A DNA stretch of 64,000 nucleotides from Mobula hypostoma. Lineage: Eukaryota. The notes beneath the pieces are model-generated. The model had not been told where the DNA came from. It did no database searches and saw only the letters and a list, made by a program, of their open reading frames with translations. The position numbers and the translations under genes were made by a program. Where the stretch lies: NCBI RefSeq assembly GCF_963921235.1, contig NC_086101.1, positions 5,768,001 through 5,832,000 of the forward strand, read 5' to 3'. Below, one piece after another: positions 38,001 to 49,126 of the stretch (within the stretch, counting starts at the first letter, position 1; each line of letters begins with the position of its first letter).

Positions 38001-41000
38001 CTATCTGGGTCTAGCGGGTAGGTAGTGTGGTCAGTATGGGCCAATGGGCTATCTGGGTCTAGCGGGTAGGTAGTGTGGTCAGTATGGGCCAATGGGCTAT
38101 CTGGGTCTAGCGGGTAGGTAGTGAGGTCAGTATGGGTCAATGGGCTATCTGGGTCTAGCGGGTAGGTAGTGAGGTCAGTACGGGCCAATGGGCTATCTGG
38201 GTCTAGCGGGTAGGTAGTGTGGTCAGTGCAGGCCAATGGGCTATCTGGGTCTAGCGGGTAGGTAGTGAGGTCAGTACGGGCCAATGGGCTATCTGGGTCT
38301 AGCGGGTAGGTAGTGTGGTCAGTACGGGCCAATGGGCGATCTGGGTCTAGCGGGTAGATAGTGAGGTCAGTACGGGCCAATGGGTTATCTGGGTCTAGCG
38401 GGTAGGTAGTGTGGTCAGTACGGGCCAATGGGCTATCTGGGTCTAGCGGGTAGGTAGTGAGGTCAGTACGGGCCAATGGGCTATCTGGGTCTAGCGGGTA
38501 GGTAGTGTGGTCAGTACGGGCCAATGGGCTATCTGGGTCTAGCGGGTAGGAAGTGTGGTCTGTACGGGCCAATGGGCTATCTGGGTCTAGCGGATAGGTA
38601 GTGTGGTCAGTATGGGTCAATGGGTTATCTGGGTCTAGCGGGTAGGTAGTGTAGTCAGTACGGGCCAATGGGCTATCTGGGTCTAGCGGGTAGGTAGTGT
38701 GGTCAGTATGGGCCAATGGGCTATCTGGGTCTAGCGGGTAGGTAGTGAGGTCAGTACGGGCCAATGGGCTATCTGGGTCTAGCGGGTAGGTAGTGTGGTC
38801 AGTACGGGCCAATGGGCTATCTGGGTCTAGCGGGTAGGTAGTGTGGTCAGTATGGGCCAATGGGCTATCTGGGTCTAGCGGGTAGGTAGTGTGGTCAGTA
38901 TGGGTCAATGGGTTATCTGGGTCTAGCGGGTAGGTAGTGTGGTCAGTACGGGCCAATGGGCTATCTGGGTCTAGCGGGTAGGTAGTGAGGTCAGTACGGG
39001 CCAATGGGCTATCTGGGTCTAGCGGGTAGGTAGTGTGGTCAGTATGGGTCAATGGGTTATCTGGGTCTAGCGGGTAGGTAGTGTGGTCAGTATGGGCCAA
39101 TGGGCTATCTGGGTCTAGCGGGTAGGTAGTGTGGTCAGTATGGGTCAATGGGCGATCTGGGTCTAGCGGGTAGGTAGTTAGGTCAGTATGGGTCAATGGG
39201 CTATCTGGGTCTAGCGGGTAGGTAGTGTGGTCAGTACGGGTCAATGGGCTATCTGGGTCTAGCGGGTAGGTAGTGAGGTCAGTACGGGCCAATGGGTTAT
39301 CTGGGTCTAGCGGGTAGGTAGTGTGGTCAGTACGGGCCAATGGGCTATCTGGGTCTAGCGGGTAGGTAGTGAGGTCAGTACGGGCCAATGGGCTATCTGG
39401 GTCTAGCGGGTAGGAAGTGTGGTCTGTACGGGCCAATGGGCTATCTGGGTCTAGCGGATAGGTAGTGTGGTCAGTATGGGTCAATGGGTTATCTGGGTCT
39501 AGCGGGTAGGTAGTGTAGTCAGTACGGGCCAATGGGCTATCTGGGTCTAGCGGGTAGGTAGTGTGGTCAGTATGGGCCAATGGGCTATCTGGGTCTAGCG
39601 GGTAGGTAGTGAGGTCAGTACGGGCCAATGGGCTATCTGGGTCTAGCGGGTAGGTAGTGTGGTCAGTACGGGCCAATGGGCTATCTGGGTCTAGCGGGTA
39701 GGTAGTGTGGTCAGTATGGGCCAATGGGCTATCTGGGTCTAGCGGGTAGGTAGTGTGGTCAGTATGGGTCAATGGGTTATCTGGGTCTAGCGGGTAGGTA
39801 GTGTGGTCAGTACGGGCCAATGGGCTATCTGGGTCTAGCGGGTAGGTAGTGAGGTCAGTACGGGCCAATGGGCTATCTGGGTCTAGCGGGTAGGTAGTGT
39901 GGTCAGTATGGGTCAATGGGGTATCTGGGTCTAGCGGGTAGGTAGTGTGGTCAGTATGGGCCAATGGGCTATCTGGGTCTAGCGGGTAGGTAGTGTGGTC
40001 AGTATGGGTCAATGGGCGATCTGGGTCTAGCGGGTAGGTAGTTAGGTCAGTATGGGTCAATGGGCTATCTGGGTCTAGCGGGTAGGTAGTGTGGTCAGTA
40101 CGGGTCAATGGGCTATCTGGGTCTAGCGGGTAGGTAGTGAGGTCAGTATGGGTCAATGGGCTATCTGGGTCTAGCGGGTAGGTAGTGTGGTCAGTATGGG
40201 CCAATGGGCTATCTGGGTCTAGCGGGTAGGTAGTGTGGTCAGTATGGGCCAATGGGCTAACTGGGTCTAGCGGGTAGGTAGTGTGGTCAGTACGGGCCAA
40301 TGGGCTATCTGGGTCTAGCGGGTAGGTAGTGAGGTCAGTATGGGTCAATGGGCTATCTGGGTCTAGCGGGTAGGTAGTGTGGTCAGTACGGGCCAATGGG
40401 CTATCTGGGTCTAGCGGGTAGGTAGTGTGGTCAGTACGGGTCAATGGACTATCTGGGTCTAGCGGGTAGGTAGTGTGGTCAGTACGGGTCAATGGGCTAT
40501 CTGGGTCTAGCGGGTAGGTAGTGAGGTCAGTACGGGTCAATGGGGTATCTGGGTCTAGCGGGTAGGTAGTGTGGTCAGTATGGGCCAATGGGCTATCTGG
40601 GTCTAGCGGGTAGGTAGTGTGGTCAGTACAGGCCAATGGGCTATCTGGGTCTAGCGGGTAGGTAGTGTGGTCAGTACGGGCCAATGGGCTATCTGGGTCT
40701 AGCGGGTAGGTAGTGTGGTCAGTACGGGCCAATGGGCTATCTGGGTCTAGCGGGTAGGTAGTGTGGTCAGTACGGGCCAATGGGCTATCTGGGTCTAGCG
40801 GGTAGGTAGTGTGGTCAGTACGGGCCAATGGGCTATCTGGGTCTAGCGGGTAGGTAGTGTGGTCAGTACGGGCCAATGGGCTATCTGGGTCTAGCGGGTA
40901 GGTAGTGTGGTCAGTACGGGCCAATGGGCTATCTGGGTCTAGCGGGTAGGTAGTGTGGTCAGTACGGGCCAATGGGCTATCTGGGTCTAGCGGGTAGGTA

Positions 41001-41565
41001 GTGTGGTCAGTACGGTTCAATGGGCTATCTGGGTCTAGCGGGTAGGTAGTGTGGTCAGTACGGGCCAATGGGCTATCTGGGTCTAGCGGGTAGTTAGTGT
41101 GGTCAGTACGGGCCAATGGGCTATCTGGGTCTAGCGGGTAACTGGGTCTAGCGGGTAGGTAGTGCGGTCAGTATGGGCCAATGGGCTATCTGGGTCTAGC
41201 GGGTAGGTAGTGTGGTCAGTACGGGCCAATGGGCTATCTGGGTCTAGCGGGTAGGTAGTGTGGTCAGTACGGGCCAATGGGCTATCTGGGTCTAGCGGGT
41301 AGGTAGTGTGGTCAGTACGGGCCAATGGGCTATCTGGGTCTTGCGGGTAGGTAGTGTGGTCAGTATGGGTCAATGGGTTATCTGGGTCTAGCGGGTTGGT
41401 AGTGTGGTCAGTACGGGTCAATGGGCTATCTGGGTCTAGCGGGTAGGCAGTGAGGTCAGTATGGGCCAATGGGCTATCTGGGTCTAGCGGGTAGGTGGTG
41501 CTGTCAGTACGGATCAATGGGCTGAGGGGCCCTTTACCCTACTGCCTGACTCAATCACTCAATAA
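35020..41565 (+). mobile_element. Old CR1 3' fragment whose 3'UTR hosts the minisatellite
   Basis: Degenerate RT (aagtttgctgatgcaacaaaactagg; gaggccacacttggagtattgtgtccagttttgg) before the array. The CR1-like tail gggctgaggggcc...gactcaatcactcaat follows it. Confidence 0.8.
35988..41523. repeat. 48-bp minisatellite, ~115 units
   Basis: Unit atctgggtctagcgggtaggtagtg(t/a)ggtcagta(c/t)ggg(c/t)caatgggct. One 1-bp deletion (~37,394) and one 17-bp partial duplication (~41,141). Confidence 0.99.
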
Positions 41566-41984
41566 CTAAAGACAGCTTGGTCTACACAATGTGATGTTTT
41601 AACACCATCCATTTTAAACACTGGGTGTCAGTGTGTTTTATGTAAACACAGTCTGATTTCTGCATTCAATTGATATCAATGAAGATTCAAATTTGATCAA
41701 GAAATTGTGGCAGCAATTAGCCTTTGACTTTAATGATGCTGGGATTGAATCCAAAAACAACCTTATGTTGTCCTGGTGAGACACTCATGAAATTCACAAC
41801 GGTTGTATGACAGTAATTCAGACCATAATATTGGAATTTGAAATGTATAATTCACAGCAACAGTTAGGAAGTAAAAGTATATTGGCATTTATTGTAAGTG
41901 GATTTAAATATTTATTTCACTGAAATTATATTAATCTAATTATCAAATAATAAATCACAATTCTATTTCTTCTGTGGTGTGATA

Positions 41985-42485
41985 TGTACACAGATAATGA
42001 TCTGGATGAGAATGTGGGTGGTGTGATTAGTAAACCTACAGATGATACCACACCTGGTTATCTGGTGGATGATGAAGAAGATTCACTAAAGTTACAACAG
42101 GATTTCAGTCAACTGGGAAAGTGGGCAAAGGAAGGGCAGAAGGTATCCAAATCACATAAGTATGAAGTGATATTTTTTGTGAAGTTGTACTGAGGAAGGA
42201 TATACATAGTGAATAGCAAGGCACAGGAACTGTTGTAGAACAGAGATACACGAGGGAACAAATTGACAGTTCCCTGAGAGTGAAGATACAGGCAGACAAA
42301 GTGGTGAAGAAGGCACATGGCACCCTTCCCTTCGTCAGTCAGGGTATGAAGTTCAAGAGTTGGCATCTCATGTTAAAACTAGACAAGACATTGGTGATAA
42401 CACAATGAGAGTACTGTAGCAATTCTGGCTGCCCAGCTGAGAAAGAACGTCATTAAGCTGGAAAGGGTTCAGAAAAAGATTCACT
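41985..42485 (+). mobile_element. Old CR1 RT fragment
   Basis: NDLDENVGGVISKPTDDT...LQQDFSQLGKWA. Confidence 0.75.
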
Positions 42486-43229
42486 CCAGGGAGTGAAGGT
42501 CAAAGGTCTTCACACTCCGATGTCAGTGTGGCTTTCTTTCTGCCCCTCCCCCACCCCCCATCTGTCTTCCAGTGTCTCTTTCACTCCATCTGTCACCATG
42601 ATAAACTGGGACACTCATCACCTCAACGAGGATTGTGTAGTAGATCCAGTGAGATTTTCTTTTTGTTCTGTATGTGGCCTGAGGTATGAAGCTCAAACTG
42701 TTACAATACCTGTCCATTAAATTCCTGGCTGAGGGTGTGTTTTGTCTGTTCACTGTTTCATTTGTGTATTAAATGAAGGTGAATGACATTTGAATATAAG
42801 AGCAAAGAACACAGTGCACAGGCCTAGTCTGTGTTTAATTAAACACGTTTACCTTTGCGCCTTGTTCACCTTTGGCCTTCACTCTGTCTCATTGCACAGG
42901 AGAGTGGTGAGAGCTTCAGAGATCCATCAGCAGCCAATACAGTACAGCTCCCGTCTCCCAACAGCAGGAGGCAGCTGCAGACAACAGGCCCCGATCTATG
43001 GTAGGCAGAGACCGGGCACCCTCTGTTTAGCTGAAACAACTCAGGGAAACTCTGCCAAAGTCACTTCACCTAGTCACTGAAAGCTTTTGTGGCTTGGGCT
43101 GGTGTTGATACAAGGAATAATTAAGCATAGTATGCCGAATTCTAAGTCGAGTCAATATAATTCCTTCCCTTCCTGTCTTACCCCCTTCTCGCATCAATCT
43201 AACAATTTTACATATTCTGTAACGGTGTC

Positions 43230-43438
43230 TTTACAGAAAAGGAAATGTATTTGCTCTTTTTACCACAGACTCAACCTGTAAATTAACCTTCTGGGAGTCT
43301 TGCACGAGGACTTCTAAGTCTCTCTGCACCTTTGATGTTTGAACCTTCTCCCGATTTATTTGATAGTCTGCACTATTGCTCCTTTCACTAAAATGCATTG
43401 TCATACATCTCCCAACACTGTATTCCACTACCACTTTT
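43230..43438 (-). mobile_element. CR1 fragment abutting the inner breakpoint of the right arm
   Basis: VQRDLEVLVQDSQKVNLQVESVVKRAN. Confidence 0.75.
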
Positions 43439-46400
43439 TGTGAGCATGCGTGACATGCACATACGTGTTGATTTGTCGATTTTTTTCCAACACATCGGTT
43501 TTGACTTAATCTTCCCGACTACACTGTACATACATTATTTCTACTTTATATAGGCTGTGTATTTATCATATCATTTCTGCTTTCACTATATGTTAGTGTT
43601 ATTTTCGGTTTTATGTGTTACTTGGTATGATTTGATAGGTTATTTTCTGGGTCTAGGAACGCTGACAAAGTTTTCCCATATAAATTGATGGTCATTGCTT
43701 CTTCGCTTCACGCCATTTCAGCACGAAAGGTTTCATAGGAACACTCTACCTTGGCGGGGGAAATACAGGACAAGGGCAGTCCTGTATGGGACAAACCAAT
43801 TTAGCCCAATATATGGGATGTCCTGGCAAATACGGGACAGTTGGCAACCCTATGTTCAAGTTCAACAGTGTGTGACAGGGAAGGAAAGGTGCAGCCGACC
43901 CATATCGTTTCCTCGCGGCCCGGTAGCACATGTTCTGTGGCCCGGTGGATGGGGACCGCTGATTTAAAGTATACGGGAGGATGTGTGTAGGTTTGGTGCG
44001 CCGCTGGGTCTTAATGTCCACCGCACTGAAACAGGTTAAATAAGGGACTTGAGCATACGTGTTTTTTGGTAACTGGGGTGGGGGTGGTGGTCTGAAATCC
44101 GAAAATTTCTGAATCCCGAAATGCAACTGGCCCCAAGGATTTCGGATAAGGGATTGTGGACCTGTACTTCCATGCAGAGTGCCCAAACTTTTGGTTCGAG
44201 CCCTTTTCCTTTTTTATTATTTTGAAACTGTAGAAGATGGAAATTAAAAAAGCTTTCTTGCTTCAAATATTAAATAGTGTGGAAATCAGTTCATCTTTTA
44301 TTCGCTTAGCTATTCACAGTGACAGAAATTTTGAACAGGGATGCCCAAACTTTTGCATACCACTGTACATCCGTGACACTTCACACGTTCTTGGTCTTTT
44401 CAGTGATTTCAGGTTCCCTGGCCACAATCATCTTATTTTCACCATGGATGTCCAGTTCCAAATCACCTTCATCTCCCAACTGGAAAGATTCAAAACTTTC
44501 CATTTATTTTTGGACACCAGATCCAACTACTTCCCCTCCACTTCCTGCATCTGGCAGAACTGGTCCTCGCTCTCAATAATTTCTCGTTCTGCTCCTCCTA
44601 CTTCCTTCAAACAAAAGGTGTAACCATGTGCGCTCGCATGGGTCCTAGCTTTTGTCGTTTATGTTCCCAGGCTACACTGGTGTGACTCCCCCACTTTTCT
44701 GACACTACATCAATGACTACATTGGTGCTGCTTCCTACACCTATGTTAAGCTTGTTGATTTCATCAACTTTGCATTCAACCTCCACCCTGCCCTCAAATT
44801 TACCAGGTCCATTTCCAACACCTCCCTCCCCTTTCTCGATCTCACTATCTGTGTCTCTGGAGACAGCTTAGCTACTGATATACTTTATAAACCCACGTAC
44901 TTTCACAACTACCTGGACTATACCTCTTCCCACCGTAATACCCGTAAAATTGTCAACCCCTTCTCTCAATTCCTGTCTCCATCTCATCTGCTCTCAGGAT
45001 GAGGCTTTTCATTCCAGAACTGGGGACATATCTTCCTTCTTCAAAGAAAGGGCCTTCCCTTCCTCCACCATCAATGCTGCCCTCAGCCTCATCTCTTCCA
45101 TTTTGTGCATGCTTGCCCTCACCCCATCCTCCTGCCACTCCACCAGGGACAGGGTTCTTCCTGTCCTCACATACTACTCCGCCAGGCTCTGTGTCCAGCA
45201 CACAATTACATAATTCTCCGTAACATCAGCCATCTTTAGTGGGATCCCAGCATCCTTCCCTCCCACTCTCAACAGGGAACGCTCCCTCTACAACTCCTTT
45301 GTCCACTCGTCCCTGCCCACTGCTCTCCCTCCTGGCACTGATCCTTGCAAGTGGAACAAGTGTTACACCTCCTCCCTCACTACTATTTGGGCCTTAAACA
45401 ATCCTTCCAGGTGAGGCAACACTTCACCTGTGAGTCTGTTGGGGTCATCTACTGTATCTGGTGCTCCTGGTGTTGCCCTCCTGTATATTGGCGAGACCCA
45501 ACTTAGATTGCGAGTCTGCTTCGTCAAGCACCTTAGCCCCATTCGCCAGGAAAAGCCGGATCTCCTGGTGGCCATCCAGTTTAAATTCTACTTCACATTC
45601 TCATTCTGACTTGTCAGTCCCTTGACCCTCTCTCCGACCGCAATGAGCCCACAGTCAGGTTGGAGGAACAACACCCTATATTTCATCTGGGTAGCCTCCA
45701 ACCTGATGGCATGAACATTGATTTCTTGAACTTCTGGTGATGGCTGCACCCTCACCATTCCCCATTCTCATTTCACACTCTCACCTTATTTCCTTTCCTG
45801 CCCATCACCTCCTTCTGGTGCTCCTCCACCTCCCCTTTCTTCCATGGCCTTCTGTCCTCTATCAGATTCCCCCTTCTCCAGCCCTTTATCTTCTTCACCA
45901 ATCAACTTCCCAGCTCTTTCCTTCACCACTCCCCCTCTCCCGGTTTCACTGATCACCTACAACCTTGTATTTCTTCTTTCCCTCCCCTCACCTTCTTCCT
46001 CTGACTTCTCGTTTTTTTCCTCCAGTCCTGACGAAGATCTGATTTTCTCTTGCTTGAGGCTTTGGTGAGGTCACATTTGGGGTGTTGTGGAGACACAAGA
46101 GGCAGCAGAGACAGGGCTTTGATGCAGAATCTCAGCCTGAAACGTCGACTATCACTTTTTCTGTGGAGATGCTACTTGATCTGCTGAGTTCCTCTATCGG
46201 CTTCTTTTTGTCTTTGCAGTACTGCGAATTGGGTGTTTGACGGTCTTCTTTCTTTTGGGTTCTATTGGGTTTCTTTATTTTATGGCTGCCCATGAGGAGG
46301 CAGGAAAAGGGAGGCGGGGTGTGCCGGATACAGAGTGTATGCAGAAAGGTGGGGTTAGTTTAATTTGGTCTCATGGTCAGCACAGACACAATGGGACCAG

Positions 46401-48397
46401 GTTACTGAGGGAACTGGGAAAATACATTGTGAAGGCTCTGACCACAAATAGTAAACAAGGGTGGATTCAACTCTCTGTGAGAAACCCCTGGTCACTGCTC
46501 TCTGACCCGAGGAGTATCAGGCAGAGGGAGGAGTACAGTGAAGAGAGAAATCAAGACAATAGGAGGAGAACATGTGACAGCTCTGTCAGATAATTTGAAT
46601 GACATTCATGAGGTGCTACAGGCACATTTGAGATTTAAAGAGTAATTAGTGAGAGAATAGATTTTCTTAAGCACTGATGTGGCTATCAACCGATGGAACA
46701 GCTCAGGAGGGGAGTGGTCTGAAATCAATATTTCCCATCTCTACTTCCCAGGGAAGACATCATGGAATCCATGGAATGAAGGAAAATGAACATTAACATC
46801 TTGGAAAGTCTCACATTACAAGAGAGTAGGTGCTGATGATCTTAACGCCAATTAAGGTGGACAAATCTCCGGAATCTGATCAAGGGCATGCGAAGACATG
46901 AGGACCAGTTCAAAATTGCAGGTGCCCTTGGCAGAGAAATTTACTTTATACTTTGCCACAGGTGAGGGGCCGGACGACTGGCGGGTGTCTCAAGGGCACA
47001 ACTTGAGAAGGGCTGGAAGGACAATCCAGAAAACTCCAGGCTGCTGAGCCTAACATCTGTGATGGGAAAATTTCTGAGAGACAGGATCAGACTGAGTGTG
47101 ACCAGAAAACCATAGAGCATAGGAGCAGAATTATGCCATTTGGCCCATCAGGTCTATGCTGTCAATCCATCATGGCTGGCTCATTTACCCTCTCAATCCT
47201 ATTCTGCCGCCTTCTCCCGATAATTTGACACCCTTACTAATCACAAACCCATCAACCTCAACTTTAAATATACTCAATGACTTGTCCCCCACATCTCTCT
47301 GTGACAATGAATTCCAGTTTCACAATCTTCTGGCTAAAGAAATTCCCCCTCACCACTGTACAAAAGGGATGTATTTGTATTATGGGTCTGTGCGCCTTGG
47401 TCTTAGACTCTTCCACTATTGAAGACATCCTCTCCAACTCCACTCTCTTTGGGCCATTCAATATTTGATTGATCACAATGAAATAACTCCTTCGTTTTCT
47501 AAACTCCAGCAAATGCAGGCACAGAATCATCAAATCCTTCTTCTAATTAACCCATTCTTTACTGGCATCATTTTTCTGAACTACCTTTGGACCCTCTCCA
47601 ATGTCACCACATCCGTTCTGATACGAGGAGCCAAAACTGCTCACAATACTCCAAATGGAGTCTGACCAATGCCTTATCAAGGCTCAGCATTACATCTTTT
47701 CTGGTCCCCTCAAATTAATGCTAACATTGCATTTGCCTTCCCGACTACTGACTCAGACTGCATGTTGAGCTTTGGATAACACTGCACAAGGATTCCCAAA
47801 TTCCTCTCCACCTCTGATTTCTGAATTTGCTGCGCGTTTAATAGAAACACAGAAAACCTACAGCCCAATACAGGCTTCCCAATCCTCTGGCTTCGAACAG
47901 AGGTCTTGCCCCCTTCCTGTTTCTCACTTCCACCCACACTGACTCACCACGTTCTCCATTGAGTCATTCAGCACGGGAACTGCTGCTGGAAGATCATCAA
48001 CTCTGTGAGAGACGCTCTTTGTTCTGCCCGAAACCTGTTGGTCTCCCAGCACAACCAGATGTCGCGAAGGGAACGCTGTCGACAAGCACAGTCCAGGTTG
48101 CAGGAGGACGTGCTGAGGGACACGGTGGATATTGGCGCAGTCAGGGCAAAGTCTCTGGGAGAGGACCACAGTCAAGACTTCTTCTGCTACCACACACGGA
48201 GGGCCTGGGTCAGGTGGAGAAGCCCCGTGAACTCTGAAATTTGCAACATCCCCGCGGCGATCTGAATGGCAGTGGTTCAAACAGAGTTAACACAGCTGAA
48301 TGTATTGGCCATATGACATTAAGAATGTCAAATATTATTTGAACTGTTTAAATCCCTTGCAGGTAGTTTATTGCAAATAAAGTTTAATTTCTTAATT

Positions 48398-49126
48398 TAC
48401 AAAGTAAATGGCAGGATACTTGGTAGTGTGGAGGAGCAGAGGGATCTCGGGGTACATGTCCACAGATCCCTGAAAGTTGCCTCACAGGTGGATAGGGTAT
48501 TTAAGAAAGCTTATGGGGTGTTAGCTTTCATAAGTCAAGGGATAGAGTTTAAGAGTCGCGATGTAATGATGCAGCTCTATAAAACTCTGGTTAGGCCACA
48601 CTTGGAGTATTGTGTCCAGTTCTGGTCACCTCACTATAGGAAGGATGTGGAAGCATTGGAAAGGGTACAGAGGAGATTTACCAGGATGCTGCCTGGTTTA
48701 GAAAGTATGCATTATGATCAGAGATTAAGGGAGCTAGGGCTTTACTCTTTGGAGAGAAGGAGGATGAGAGGAGACATGATAGAGGTGTACAAGATAATAA
48801 GAGGAATAGATAGAGTGGATAGCCAGCACCTCTTCCCCAGGGCACCACTGCTCAATACAAGAGGACATGGCTTTAAGGTAAGGGGTAGGAAGTTCAAGGG
48901 GGATATTAAAGGAAGGTTTTTTACTCAGAGAGTGGTTGGTGCGTGGAATGCACTGCCTGAGTCAGTGGTGGAGGCAGATACACTAGTGAAGTTTAAGAGA
49001 CTACTAGACAGGTATATGGACGAATCTAAGGTGGGGGCTTATATGGAAGGCAGGGTTTGAGGGTCGGCACATCATTGTGGGCCGTTGGGCCTGTACTGTG
49101 CTGTACTATTCTATGTTCTATGTTCT
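48398..49126 (+). mobile_element. Young 5'-truncated CR1, right arm only; same subfamily as 2,303-4,646
   Basis: Open frame ...MHYDQRLRELGLYSLERRRMRGDMIEVYK... with a (ttctatg)n tail. The empty site is at left ~14,428. Confidence 0.93.

Noticed and set aside
35919..41517. Long ORFs (484, 1242 and 128 aa) of PLARTDHTTYPLDPDS repeats, resembling a repetitive or mucin-like protein
   Set aside because: A by-product of a 48-bp (3n) unit that lacks stops in one frame. The starts are TTG rather than ATG, there are two frameshifts, common variants are mostly non-synonymous, and the unit derives from a CR1 3'UTR.
35988..41523. Possible CRISPR-like array
   Set aside because: Head-to-tail units with no unique spacers, no cas genes, and a vertebrate context.
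42572..42650. Possible small exon (cttccag|...|gtgaga) upstream of the third CpG-segment copy
   Set aside because: No recognisable protein similarity and no counterpart in the arms, so it cannot be supported without transcripts.
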